A stretch of DNA of 64,000 nucleotides, from the NCBI GenBank assembly GCA_964187785.1, contig OZ076412.1, positions 23,312,001-23,376,000 on the forward strand, read 5' to 3'. Under the pieces are notes generated by a model that was not told where the DNA came from, did not search any database, and saw only the letters and a program-made list of their open reading frames with translations. Below, one piece after another: positions 22,349 to 36,139 of this stretch; the first letter of the stretch is position 1; every line of letters starts with the position of its first letter. The stretch comes from Amphiscolops sp. MND2022. Lineage: Eukaryota. The position numbers were made by a program, and so were the translations under genes.

Positions 22349-23416
22349 GATATGATCTGATATGATGTTAACTTATTTGATGTTTACTTATTTGATTTGA
22401 TTTGATGGTATGATCTGATACAATTTGAAGTTTGTAATTTGATGTTATCGTTTTCAAAACGTATAAGTTGGTGTATTTATTATACATTCAATGTTTATAT
22501 TATTTGAAGATATTTCATTTGATTTCAATTGAAGTTCGGTTGTTTGTTTGAATTGAAAAAAATGATGGGAGGTCTCTTGAAGTTTTACTTCAAGAAATCT
22601 CCTTTTTTAAATCAAATTTTTGGTACTCCTCAGTCACTAGGCTGACTAAGTGTGGTCATTACGATACATATGCCGCAAAAGTGGATTTTATCATCAAGTG
22701 TAAAGTGTATTTTCCGTAAAACGAGAACGAACCGTATTCTAGTCAAACAGAGTAGTGTGTTCATCGTGAATTTTGATGCACAGTGTAATCAGAAATTGCG
22801 GATTTTGGTCATTGACGGTCCCTACAAAATTTACATGGGCAAACGATGTAAAATTTTTGTTGTTCTTTCATCGTTTCCCCCAGGATTTCACTGAATCGCG
22901 TGCGTAAGTGATGTAATTGAGATGAAGTAAGGATTCGAGTATATTCTAAAAATTCATCGTTTTTACATCGCTTCATCTTGCACGATTATTCTACTGGAAG
23001 CACTGAACGATGGGCAAACGATGTAAAGTTTTTGTCGTTCTTTCATCGTTTTCCAGAATTTCACTGAATCGCGTGTGTAGGTGATGTATTTAAGATGAAG
23101 TTTAGAATTCAAGTCACGACAGGGCCTACATGTGTGGATACTTGGTTAAATATGAAATTCTATGCATCCAATTGGTGAAATGAGTTATTGACGACTGATA
23201 GTTCCAGTCATGACTGCATGTATATTTAAACGAATCGGACTAATAAACATTGATAACGGTACGAATACTCATTGACAACTGATAGTCCCAGTTATTATCA
23301 TATCAGTTTTTAAATGCATCGTAATTAGAAACATCATAATGGTGATGAGTGTATTTGACAACTGAATGTTTCAGTCATGTTTACATGTAATGAACTAAAT
23401 GTGTACGTGTTGAAAT

Positions 23417-23896
23417 CTAATAAAATACATCACGGTGAAAGGAATGAAGATGACGACTGTGTATTCCAGTATCGGAATGACCATTGGCACTAGGCTTTGC
23501 CATGTTAAATCCATTCCCTTCTCTATGATTAGAGGATATCTGTAGTGTCAGTGCGAGAACTAAGTCAGTCAGTTCTCCAATTTGTCTATTCATCTCGTAG
23601 AATCTCTGATCGATCACGTTCCTTCCAACGTTATTTCGGTCGTTTAGGAGATTATCACTATCTAACTCCGTCAACTGGTAGTCGTGATGGAATTTGAGAA
23701 TCATCCATGTAGATTTTTGCAAGCGAGTGTGTTCTCGGAAGCGTGAACAACTTTCATTAACGGCAATGGCGGGAAACAAGAGTAGAAAATAGTAGGTTGT
23801 TTGTTTAAGCATTTCAAATTGCATTTCATTTGTAGCCACGTCGTCCTGTTGTGCGTCTTGTGGTATTTGTTTACTCAGGAGATTTGTATCACTCAT
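23417..23896 (-). pseudogene. Degenerate Gag-N-terminus-like ORF, possibly within the 3' LTR of a second, minus-strand element
   Basis: Coiled-coil-like segment (QRFYEMNRQIGELTDLVLAL) similar in style to the LTR-encoded Gag part of element 1. Position and strand relative to the adjacent cargo gene mirror element 1. No second LTR found. Confidence 0.4.
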
Positions 23897-24427
23897 CGTC
23901 AGTTAAATGATTTGAGAGTGCTAGAGTTTGAAAATCAGTCGAGTTGTAATCAGTTTCTGTGAATTGTTCCCGTTTATTGTCTTTACATTATAGTTGTCCA
24001 TTCTTACTTCCTTTGCAAAGTAACTGCGCTGCTCATTTCTCTACCGACGACTTTTTTGGTTTCATTCAGCTGTTTTTTGCCGGTGGGTGCTAAGGTAGTG
24101 GGGGTGTTGAATTCTGAACATCATATTTCTTCGTTGGGGGATTGCACTTTTTTTTGTTTTTATTGATATCGTGATCTGAAGCTCGGCTACATTTTGATCG
24201 GCATGTACAGATGCCTTTAACGTTTGGGTTATAATTAGTATAAAAACCGCTGTTGGATGTCCAGGTCAATTTGGGTAGGCCTGTTTGGGTAGGGTTTGGG
24301 TCCCATCATAACAAATGTGAAATAATTGATCAGTTTATCTCAACTTGTGATGGAGAAATGAGCTACTGTAGTCGTCATCGATCGTGATATTCAGTGGTTA
24401 TTCGGTTATTGGTGATCTGTCCTCCTT

Positions 24428-27400
24428 ATGTCTGAGAACGAAGATGCCCTAGCGTTTGGTGCTTCGTTGTCTGATTTAGTGTCAGAAGTGGCGAACCAAA
24501 TGGCAGGGCTGGATGCCCCTACTTTCGAGGAGAGTGGCGTTGGATTAAATCTGCCCGATTTAATGTTGGAGGCCAGTCCATGTTGTCAGTTATCCACGCG
24601 TGTTACTGCATCTAATGTCGCTGGGTTGGGCGAGTTGTTGGATCTCGTACTATCTCAAGAATTCGGTGAGTGCTTTTGATTTATGTGGCATTTTTCCCGT
24701 TCCTTGTAGGGTCTGTCTGTAGCAGTCATATTGCTTGTGTCAGTATGTCTGCGGTTTAGATTAAGGGTACGTTTGAATATTTTCACAACAAATTGCCTAA
24801 AAGTGGGTCCTGGCAAGTGTATCATTGTCTACGGTTCCCTTAATTCGAACAACAACAATTCATAGTTATTTATTTTTTCCCACTTATTGTGGGGGCGTAT
24901 TCGGTGTATGCACGCTCGCCCTCACCGTCGCAAAGACCAGCTCCCACCACGATCGTTCGCGCTCTCCGTTCCCGCTAGGTCTTTTCTTCTTTTCTCCTGT
25001 TCGACCTCGCTTAGCAAGATGGGCAACACTCAGCGGGGCACTAGAGGTGATGGGGACAAATCTCAGGCACGTTTCATACTTTAAAGTCGTTTCATATTTC
25101 AAAGTAATTTCAAAGTGTCAGGTTAAGTTAGTCCACACCTGAAGATCGACTATCTCAGGGTTGGTTAGTCTCCACAAAACTCCTTTAAACAATGTTTAAA
25201 CAAGGAAACCCAACTAGTGCTGAATTTGGGTGAATATACTTGGGAATTCATCCTTTTTACATCATACTCTACATTGGTGCTTGAACTTAGTTTTGCTAGA
25301 GACTGAGAAAATGGGAAAGTACATCCTAATTTCATCAATAAAAGAGTGATTGTGCTGGATCGATAATTCATCGTCAACTCAGTAACGCGCTGGAAATACC
25401 AAAGATGGGAGGAAATTTGTCTTTTTTTCATCGCAAACCCAACTAGTGCTGAATTTGGGTGAATATAGTTCGGAATTTATCCTTTTTACATCATACGCTA
25501 AATTGGTGCTTGAACTTAGTAAACATCTTCGTTTTGCTAAAGAGACTGAGAAAATGGGAAAGTACATCCTAATTTCATCAGTAAAAGAGCGATTATGCTG
25601 GATTTGCTTATTTGAATGTAAAACACATCGATAATTCATCGTTAACTCAGTGACGCGCTGGAACTTCGTAACGCGCTGGTATTTGAAATAACAAATATGG
25701 GAGGAAAGTTCTTTTTTTCATCGCAAACCCAACTAGTGCTGAATTTGGATGAATGTAGTTGGGACTTCATCCTTTTTACATACGCTAAATATCTACTAGT
25801 TTTTATCACCTATTCATCAGTGCAATAGAATAACGTTCGATATTGACTGTATTGCTTGGAGAATCCATCGCCTTTTCATCGCTTAATGTGTTTTACCATT
25901 GATTTGACTCAGTATTAGTACAATAACGATCATTTTCGTCATGTTTCTATCTCAGCAATGGAGAGAGGCTTTGAAAATCACGCCTAAATAAATTTGTTGA
26001 TGAATTCACGATGGTTAACTTTAGTCAATGCGCTAATCTAAATCCACATCTTTCAAGTTTGACAGTCAGCGATAAAAATAGATTAGCTTTCGTCAACTTT
26101 CAGTCTTCAAGTCAAGTAGATTAGCAACGATGAATTTCCGATAAATAATCACGACAGTTCCCTCTGAGGCGGGAGCTTACTGACTATGTGTCAAAATCCA
26201 TCTCTTTTTCATCTTCCAGGGAAACGTCACGAAAAGAGGAAAACCAAAACAATTGAAAAAACGATGACCTTAGTAACAATGAAACATAACACAGCAGAGA
26301 ACTGGGCCTGAAAGCAAGCTGTCGTGACTTGAATTCTAAACTTCATCTCAAATACATCACCTACACACGCGATTCAGTGAAATTCTGGAAAACGATGAAA
26401 GAACGACAAAAACTTTACATCGTTTGCCCATCGTTCAGTGCTTCTAGTCGAATAATCGTGCAAGATGATGAAACGATGTAAAAACGATGAAGTTTTAGAC
26501 TTTACTCGAATCCTTACTTCATCTTAATTACATCACTTACACACACGATTCAGTGAAATCCTGGGGAAACGATAAAAGAACCGCATCTAAATGAACTTTT
26601 ATATGTTAACGTGGGGGCATTGTCGGTGTATGCACGCTCGTCCTCACCGTCGCAAAGACCAGCTCCCACTACGATCGTTCGCGCTCTCCGTTCCCGCTAG
26701 GTCTTTTCTCCTTTTCGACCTCACTTAGCAGTATGGGAACATAAGCGGCCCCAAGGGGCCGCGGGGCACTAGAGGAAATGGGGACATATCCGAGACATGT
26801 TTTATACTTTGAATCACTTGATAGCATCAGATCTTAATTGACCTGAATTTTTTCAATTTTAGACGTTATTCCCTTTTTTGGACGTCACGGTATTTTGACA
26901 ATTTTTCTGTATTTTAGTCGTTTTTCTCTAATTAAGACGTTATTCCCGTTTTCAGGTTTAGACGTTATTCCTCTTTTTAGACGTTATTCCTCTGTTTAGA
27001 CGTTATTCCCGGTGGACCTTTAGACGTTATTCCTTAGACGTTATTCCCTCCTCTAACTTTGGCGTTGTTTCAGCTGATGTTACCATGCCTGAGCTCATCA
27101 GTTACATGCGACGGTTCCGTCGGTCCGTTGAGTCTGGAAACGGTGATAGTGGAGAAATCGGGACTGCAGAGCTTTTCCGCAGATTGGATGCCTTTCTGGC
27201 GTCGCATCTCGGTTAGTGAATCATGTGTTGGGTCATTGTTAAACAACAGTCATCTGGGCTGGATGCTCTCGGTCTGGGGGTTTGGTTTGCGTACGTCCAT
27301 CTAGTAACGGGTTCCAATGGGGAATTATAGCTTTGGGTGTTTGTTGTTATTTGCAGATGCTGGAGTGCGTGCTGAAGTCGCCGTTGGGCGATTATCGGAG

Positions 27401-30400
27401 TTGTTCAATCGGATAGAGCGCGAGCTGAATCAGTGGGTAAAGGCTGCTGTTGAGTCAACTTTGGGGCACCTCGGGACTGTGGGTGCTTTGGCAGCAGAAG
27501 ATTTCTGGACCAAGTTGAAAACAGCATTGCAGGAGGCAGGACGTCCGCTGGTTGAGTCCAATTCAGAGTTGACGTCCATGCCCAGTGTATCCCGTTCGAG
27601 GTGTGTGGCTGGGAGTCTTATTGGGACGTCAGTAAGAAGTCCCTCGGAGTCATCAGTGGTGCCGTCTGAGTTTGGGCATGGTGGTGGAGGCCCGTCAGTA
27701 TCTGGTGTCAGCATTCCCCCGTCATCGTCAAAACCTGGTAAGAAATCTCCAAAGATCACGTGAGGGGTTTTAGTTATAATGGTGTGATCAAGTGATCAGT
27801 TAAGCTTAGAGGCGTAGTTTAACGTAAACTAGCATAGCATAGATAAATTTTTTTTGAGAGATTTTTGTTTTGGTTTAGTGCGCAAAAGACCTATCAAGAC
27901 GTTGAAGCCATCCTTTTTTGTGTCTGGTGTTGTCGGGGATTTTGTTGGGTTCCCTAGAAACAAGAGGGTCATCGATGGCTTCGCTCGCTGTTTGTTGTGC
28001 AAGGTAGACCTGAGCATAGCTTGACGAGGTTTGCATAACTTATGGGACCACTGGAGAGGGCGGGAACACACTCGCTTAGAACAGAAGTACCGGATCATGA
28101 TGAATAGGCCTCTGCTGGACCGGTCATGTCGTCCCGTTTCAAAGGAGGAAGATCAGAGAATTCGGATGGAACGGATGTTCGAACCCCCTGTGTATCTGGA
28201 GTCTGCATTGGGGTTGACTGTTGAAGAGCGCATCGCCATTGAAGTTGCGGAAGCAGAGTGAGCGGAAAAGCCGAAGTTGTCTGATGAGAGTGCTGCCTAT
28301 CTGTGGTTGTGTAACTTCATAAACTGTTTCGTGTCAATGACTGGATTTGGACCTGTAGTGAACTTCATGTAGAGATGGGCAGACAATCTTCGTGGTGAAG
28401 TTCGGCTTGCTGTGCGTTCGCTGACTCACAGTGGATGTCAGGTAAGTGTCGTCGTTCGTTGTTTTTTTTAGGTGAAGCGACTGTGGTTTTGTGAAATGTA
28501 TACTTCGTTTTGAAGTGTTTGAGTGATGGGGGGGTCAATAGGGAGCTGTTTTGACTTGTTGTGCCCTGCGTTAACTTTGTGTGTTGTTCTGTGTTTAGAG
28601 TCTGGTGCTTTATGGTGTTTATCCATATGTAATTGAGAAGTTCGACGCCATGTTGGCCACTGGGGCACGTTTTGGATTTCACTTAATGCGAGACGGGAGT
28701 TTGCGTCGCCTGGACTGTCATGTGTTCGACGCTCTGACAGTCAAGTCCTTTGTTCTGGCTGTGGTTCCTGCTGGTCATGGTTGGGAACAAAAGTTGATGC
28801 GGAATACTTTGTCCGTCCTCGCATGTGTCACGTCCCGTGGAGGCTTGTCCTTTGTGTGTGTCTCAGACAACATTCGGTTGGGGCGGGCTCTAGCTACAGT
28901 GTCGCACCCTGTGGTGCCCGTGGTCGGCAAACGATTCGATCTGGATTGGATGCGAGATGTCATCTCGCGGCAGTTCCTAAAGGAATTCAGTGGGCTCGAG
29001 CCTTTTGGAGTGCTGGAGTACTTCCGGTACCGTTTGTCCGCGGTCATCTCAGACAGTGCTTTCGACCAAATGCCGATGTTACGAAGAGTGAGTATCATGT
29101 CGTTTGCTAGTTATCTGTACACTGTGTTATTTGTACATATATTTTTTTGTTTTTTGCAACCGGGGTAAAAGTATGCGAGTGTTCATGTACGATAGATCCT
29201 CATCGCGTATTTTAGTTTGTTGCTGGGGAACTGCCAGTGGCGCGGATCCCGGATCTTGCTAGCTTGTGTGCGGAATTGGTACAACGATGGGATGACTTGG
29301 GTGTGTATTTCGGGGTCCACCGAGCAGTCGGCGGTCTGGAGACGAGAAACATGACCTCCATGGAAACACAAGTTTTCAACGATGCGATGGCACGACCGCG
29401 CTTCGCCGTCCTCAAGTTCATCCTCGAAACCGGTGAGTATGTTGTTTCGTAGCGTAGTTCTGCCTGGTACTGGGGAGGGTGTTTTTGTAGAGTTTTGGGT
29501 TGGGTAGTGTATCGTATGTTGGTTGTTTTAAAGCCTCAATTTGTGTGTTTTTGTTTTAGTTGTCGCTCAGTGTCCTCGATTGTGCAGTTCAGGCCGAGAT
29601 CGGGTGTTCTGTTTTGAGCGTGAGTTGGCTCTGTTCCTGCGGGCTCTGTGGACTCTGGTGTATGGTTCGGACGATCTACCTGTGGAGTTCGATGTGCAAG
29701 GACTGCTGAGCTACCGCGGAGGAGAGTGTGGAACGAACGACGAAGCTCGATATCAGGCTTTGTTCGGACAATATTTCCGGTTCGACGTGAGTCAGCAGCG
29801 TCCCTATTTCTACCGGGAGGTCCAGAAGTTCTTGAAGAGCATCTGTGGTCAGTTCGTGGACGAGTTTGAGCAGGGATGGATACGGCATTTGAGTCTAATG
29901 CCGTTTGACCCAACTTTGATGTTCAACGGATCGATGGACCGCTTAGTGGACCGATTGGTAGCAACTGTCTCAGTGTTGAGTTTCAGTGATCTGTGCGAGT
30001 CAGACGACGGAGGGATCATTCTCCGGCAATACCGTGAAGTGGTGGAGCTTTTCAAGCGACGGTGGACAACTGGGGTGCCAGTAATTGATGATATTGTGGC
30101 GATGTGGATGTCATATCCTAACTGGTCGCGATGTCAAGCTTTGCTGGGAGTTGTTCAAGTCGTGTTTGGTGGAATGATACACGGATGCTATAGGACCGAT
30201 TTCAGAGACCTGGGAGTAACCGTCATCGATGACGGAGTAATGTTATCCAGTTTGAATCTCGTTCGTAGCTGGATGTCCAGTGGATTCGTAGGGCAGTCTC
30301 GATGCTCTATGACTGGTTTTACGCGTCACTGTCAGACAACGGACGTGCAAACGTCGCGGTTGCAAGATGAATCTCACTGTGTTCCTTGGGAACAACTGCT

Positions 30401-30896
30401 GAAAGTGGGAATTAATGATTTGTATGATCGTTGTTCTGTTGCGCTGGGATCATCTAGTGGACTCCCGGAGGTTCCCGTTGTGGACGAGTATCGGTCGACT
30501 GTGTGCGAGCAATTAAGGACACTGGCGGCGAATGCTGTGGCAGTCAAAAGTCCGGCGAAGAAGATATCGGTTCAAGGAACGAGTGTTAAGGCGACTGATG
30601 GACGGGGCCCTCGGACTCAAACATCGGTGGGAATAAGTAGTGGTATTCCAGCAAAAGACACTCCTAAGCGGAAACAACCTACTCGGACTGCTCAATCGAG
30701 AGGGAGCAGAGGGCAGAGAACTGATGGTGTACCGACTGAGCCGAAAAAAGTTGCGAGTTCGAGTGCAGATACTGGGTCTGCTGTGGGGCCTAGTGGAGAA
30801 GGAGGAAGTCCGGCATTCGCTGTCATGGATAATGACTCAGTTGATAGCGCGTTATTTGCCCGAAAGGCTCGATCCGAGTCATCCGAAGAGCATTGA
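24428..30896 (+). pseudogene. Paralog 2 of the zinc-finger/hAT-like cargo gene. Exons 24428-24665, 27074-27211, 27357-27737, 27879-28441, 28599-29087, 29216-29432, 29560-30896
   Basis: All junctions are phase-compatible GT-AG. CLLC-x16-H-x5-H finger; CAELVQRW, FCFERELA and PFDP segments align by eye with element 1. In-frame stops at 28022, 28259 and 28370. Linkage of the first exon is less certain. Confidence 0.8.
24890..26580 (+). repeat. Non-coding dispersed composite repeat family (copy A)
   Basis: Colinear with about 53365-54700; partial copies at 26610-26810 and 46505-47090. It lies within the putative first intron of paralog 2. Boundaries approximate. Confidence 0.8.
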
Positions 30897-31311
30897 CCCC
30901 GAAAACCTTTAGTGTAGTTTCACCTGTTGTTGAACTCTTTGAAGTGAACTTTTCGCTTTTTGGCTTTAGATTTTTGAAGTTGATTGATTTTAGTTTTCAC
31001 TTTGTTTTCTGGCAGTATGATTTTTTTGTTGATTGCTGTTTGATTTTGATGATGCATAGCTATTACCTATACCCGTTGACTTTGGTACTTAGACAGATAT
31101 GTTGGGAATTGAGATTCTTGGTTGGACACTTCTTGAATTGAAATTGCGTTAGCTGAATCGTTGTTTTTTAAGGAGGCTCATTAAGCAACAGATGTAGACT
31201 TGGATTCATATGTTAGGCGGTTCTTACTGTCTTTTTGCATGTACTAGGGTTAGGTTGAGTTCCTTTTGTTAGTTTGACGTAGTCTAGTAATGTGGTTCAA
31301 AATTTTGCCGC

Positions 31312-31728
31312 GGACCATGTGATCTATTTCCCCCCCAATTACACCTTGTTAGAAATCCCCCCCCCAAAACGAAAACGGCTTTTTCACAAGTATATTAATT
31401 ATTGAATGAATAAAACAAGTTGATATGCTTACAAATATTAACAAACGCGTGAATTTAAACTTCGTGGCAAAAGACCCATTTTTTTAAATGCTGAATGCAA
31501 AGTTCGTAGTTTTGTAAATATGGAAGTATGTCCGTTTGGAAGCACATTTCAAAGAATAATGATTGATTTTAACTGTCAATCAATGTAAAAGATATGATTA
31601 TGTCGACATCAATTATTTTATTGGACTAAAATTTCAACGCAACGATGTCGACATAATGTGTAGTATTTGAACCTACTGTATTATCCCCCCCACCGCCAAA
31701 GTTTGGGGGGAAATAGATCACATGGTCC
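31312..31728. mobile_element. MITE (417 bp), 24-bp GG-ended TIRs, 8-bp TSD; Merlin-like
   Basis: TIR GGACCATGTGATCTATTTCCCCCC and its inverse; TSD TTTGCCGC at 31304-31311 and 31729-31736. Related ends occur near 19440 and 41980. Confidence 0.85.
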
Positions 31729-33499
31729 TTTGCCGCTAACTCCTAAGTTCTTTCCTAACACGAGGCGAAGTCAACGAATTGTCAGGAGTGCCTAAGGGGT
31801 TGGGCGTAACGTGGTTCTGATTTGGTAAGTATTATTGGATTACCGTTTTAATGCATTTGGTTTTTGGTTGAAGTTATATTTTTGTTCGTTATTGGGAAAA
31901 GGTTTTTGTCGTCACAAAAACCCATGCAAAACTAACACTGAATCCACTTGCTAAAAAGCAAGCTTCATCTGAATATAACCAGCCACACAGACACGCGTTT
32001 GACGACGCACCCACACGACTCCAGTATGAGTGAAAAGCAAACTGGGTGGGTCATTGATTATTCAAGTATGACGTTTGGCAGGCAGCTAATCATTTCTCTT
32101 AGTTCGACAGATTGTTTGGGAACGGAATTATTGTTCACGTTTGTTCGCGGTTGTTACGATAGTTACGTAATCGATGTAGTTTTTTTTAGTTGTCACTATT
32201 TAGATTTTGGTGTGAATTGAATAAATTATGCTTCGCTTGTGTTCGCGTTGCACGTGTTTCCACTGCGGATTCGTTGCGATAACTGTTGTTTGCAGTCGTC
32301 GCATGGCGGTGCCGCCATGTTTGCTATTGGCAAGCGGTATGAGCTATTAGGGGATTAGCTTGGGTCACCTACCGTAGGCCCTACGGTAGGTATTGATGAC
32401 TGCAGGCCATGTTCGTCGTGTTTGGCAGTTCGTTCATTTGAGTTAGGTACTTTACGATGGGAGTGGCGTAATTGCAGATCACTTACTTTCGTATACCTTT
32501 TGACTGTGACTGTCATGAGCAGTTGTTGGTGTCAGGTTACACTTTTAAAGGGAAGAGATGAGAATAAAGGAAAAATGGTTTGCGTTTTAATTGTTTGTAC
32601 TGCAAAGTTTTACTTGTTAGTGACTACATTTAATGATTAAAGAAAATTGTGATTTTTAAAGGTTTTTGTTTTTCAGTAGAAGTTCTCGGAGGGCTGGCGT
32701 ACCGTGTAGTTCGTACGTTACATGTAAAGTTTTTTTTACGTTACATGTAAAGTATTACTAGGATACTCGATCATTCAAAATCACAACACTTCATCCACTT
32801 GTATCAGCAATCTGTACGATGCCATTTAGCAAACAACCTCCAGTCAATAATTGATGCAATCACCATGATGATTAGAAAACGCGGTAGTAAATACTTAGCA
32901 TAAAAGTAATTGGTATAATTGCGTGCTAAAATGACTGGTGCTCTAAACGTCTCGTTACCATCCTAGAGGGTAAAATTACATGAAATCATAGCAAGTATGG
33001 GTAACCCCATACACACACTTAAGAATGACAAAGTGAGTTCAGCATCATGCATAAACGTACATACAAAAAACACTAGAAGTAAGCAAAAGTGCCATACAAC
33101 TTTAGGTTCCATGTGCTACGACAAAAAACCGTTCCTAGACTAGATTAGACCAACGAAGAAAAACAACGAGTACATGCAGTTATCATGAACACTATAACAT
33201 AACAAAAAATTTCTTTTTCTTTTGACACATGCAGAACAAGTAAAAATCCTCTTGTAACGTCCTAAACACCCAGTACGGAAAAAAGAAAAAACAAAAGAAC
33301 GTACTACGGTGGTGGAAACCACCAAACTCAATTACCAAATGAGCTGAATACTAATAAACTACAGTATTGATGCAAGACAAAAAGGTAATACACAAAATTC
33401 ATTGAACAATACAAACAATGAAGTGATAAACAAGAGAAATAAATACCAGCGAACACAAGAAAATCTGGGAAAAGTCTGCTTTAGTTCAAAAAGTTTCTA

Positions 33500-34358
33500 C
33501 TAATACTCCTTCGAGTATGAGGATCCACCTTCGTTGCTACTTTCTTCAATAGTAAATGAAAGCCTGCTCGTCTGAACTGCACCTTCACTGAAACTTGCCA
33601 AAGTTGTTCTTCCCTTCTTATCGGGACGCCCACCGGTTCTTTGGCCTCGATTGCCTCCCCGCTCCGATGACCTAACACTCGTAGCTTTCCGTTTCGATCC
33701 CGATGTGCTCGGGGTTGAAGTCGATAACACAACCTCAGTCTGCAGTTGTGGCACCTGCGCTGCAGATCGCTGTCCCTTCGTTGGACTTCGTCGGTTGGCA
33801 ACAGGACTGGCTTCCATCAATCTCAATTGGTCACAAACAGTTGACTTGTATTCATCAACAACAGGGTGAGACGGGAGACCCCCAGTTGACTCAAGAACTG
33901 CAATACAACGCCCGAATAGCTCATCAACCCCTCGTTTGACCAGCTGGTCCCACGGGATAGCCCGAACATCGTCGTTTAATCGGGAAGCTTGCATGTCTGT
34001 GGAACTACAATGACGAACAAAGCCAATCATCAAAAAGCCGCGAATGTCGGGGGCTCCGACATTCTTTCTGCCCGAATTCTCCGGTCCTCTTCTAATGACA
34101 CGGGCCTACAGGACTTGTCCAATAGCGGCCTATTAGACATGATGCGGAAACGCTGCTCAAGTCGAGTGTGTTCCCTCCCCTTTCAGTGGTCCCACAAATT
34201 GTGTAACCCCCGACCAGCAATACGAAGATCCACGCGACACAGACGACATCTAGCATAGCCGTCTATAACACGCTTGTTCCTCGGGAAACCAACAAAGGTC
34301 CCCACGACGCCTGAGACAAAAAACGACGGCTTCAGCGTCTTGATTGCACGTTTTCGCC
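33500..34358 (-). pseudogene. Paralog 3 of the cargo gene, with an internal deletion
   Basis: RKRAIKTLKPSFFVSGVVG...CRLC..H is close to paralog 2 and uses the same acceptor position. Stop at 34183-34185. The sequence jumps from the EPPTF segment to the C-terminal IGFVRHC segment near 34040 (~2.1 kb missing). Confidence 0.85.
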
Positions 34359-36139
34359 CTGTAAACACACGAAAAACCCAGTGAAATAAACTGCTCTAGA
34401 ACCTTAAAAACCTTCAAAAAAAACAAAAACAAAAACTGTGTTTGTCATTAGTCCTTAGTTATATGGTGAAATGCACAAAAAATGGTAAATGCGCAATGGA
34501 TGACTGGTTATTCCGGAAATGAATTTGCTAGTCCGTAGATTCACAATAACGAATCAATCCAGCCAAAGTTCGCCAACGAAAGCCGTCTGCATCCAACTTT
34601 AAATGTACTTTCGAATGAGTCCAACACCCGTTTCGACACAAAGTATAGAAGTTTTATATTGAAAAATTTAGAATTGTGTATTAAAAATACTTTATTGAAA
34701 ATACTGAGAAGTGGCGAAATGCTGCAAGCGACTGCAAACGCATTTTCGTCAAAATCACAATAACATGCGTTTTTATTAGGAATACTAAAGATTAGTATAA
34801 GAAATCCTATTTGTGTATAATGAATCCTTTTTGTGTATAAGAAATACTGTTTGTCTATATGTTCTCCGCTTGACACTAGTATAAGAAATCCTTGTAATGG
34901 GGATATTTATTAGAAATCCTAATAAGTCGCATTAGGTTTATTGATAGCGTGTATATAAAATCCTCCGTTTTCACCAATTATTAAAAATCCTTAAATTTTC
35001 GAAAAAGTTAAAACATACAAATAGGTAAGATTAATACAAGAAATAATACATTAGGGGCCAGTGAAAATTCCCTTGTGGAGCATTTAAGGATATTTAATAA
35101 ACTTTTGACGCTCGTGAAAGTTGTGTCTTGTAATGTCTTATAATGTATTATATCAATTGTTTTTGTATGTAAACATAATTAGTATGTTTATGACCGAAAC
35201 TCGGGAGGTTAAATGTTGACTCCGCTGATTGACGGATGAACCGTATAACACTCGAATCAAGCAAATTAGGGAAATTGAGATAATCAACACAAGCTACCTC
35301 CCAGCAAATGACACCGATTATAAACTGCAAAAAAATTTATTTGAATTAGGAGAATGATCAAAGTTTTCACGATTCTCAACTCAAACAGCATAGACGAATG
35401 AAACTGGCTGTCTATGGATTGGCGGTTTGTGATGCTTCTAACTGTAAAACATCGATTTTTCCCGCAATTTATTTGGGTCATCCCGCAAGGGACACAAATA
35501 TTCGTTTGTACGCACATAAAAAACATCGCTCATACAGCCGCCGTTCTACTGAAAGGTATTGTGATGGCCGCAAAGTTTTCGAAGCGAGATGTATCAAATC
35601 CATGCTAACAGGCGGAAAACAGTCAGAAAAAATGACCGGTAATAGAAGAGAGCTATTCAGCGCAAAAATCATACAAGTACACAGCGGAAAAAGGTGAAGA
35701 ATACCGCGTCAAATGAAGAGAGTCCGAAAAACCCAACAAGAGAAACACCGCTGAAAAGCCAAACGCAATCGGAGATGAAACATTGGATGAAGCCAACTTA
35801 AAAGTCGAATCGCCAAACTCCGTGGACGAAGTGCCAGCAAGAGAGGAGGCACAGTGGTCAACACGACAGAGCTAGGGGAGAATGCAATACCCCAAGAAGC
35901 GGTACAAGGGGGGAGATAATCTCCACGAAATGTGCGAAGGCCGAACTGCCCGAAAGGAATCAGGACGATGAAGAGCAACATATTAAATAGAGGAATGTAT
36001 GCCTTGCTTTTGAAAATCATTGTCCATTTCGAAAATGGTTGAGGATTAGATCTGAGATTTAGTTGCTATCTAATTAAAAATTATGTTCACAAAATAGGTA
36101 GGTGTATGTGGTTACATGTCAGAATATTCTAAGTCATAA

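Noticed and set aside
24825-25639. Repeated short ORFs (MKYETTLK..., ...KEFCGD) seen also near 46900 and 53350-54036
   Set aside because: They recur because the DNA is a repeat family; frames and ends vary between copies and no domain is recognisable.
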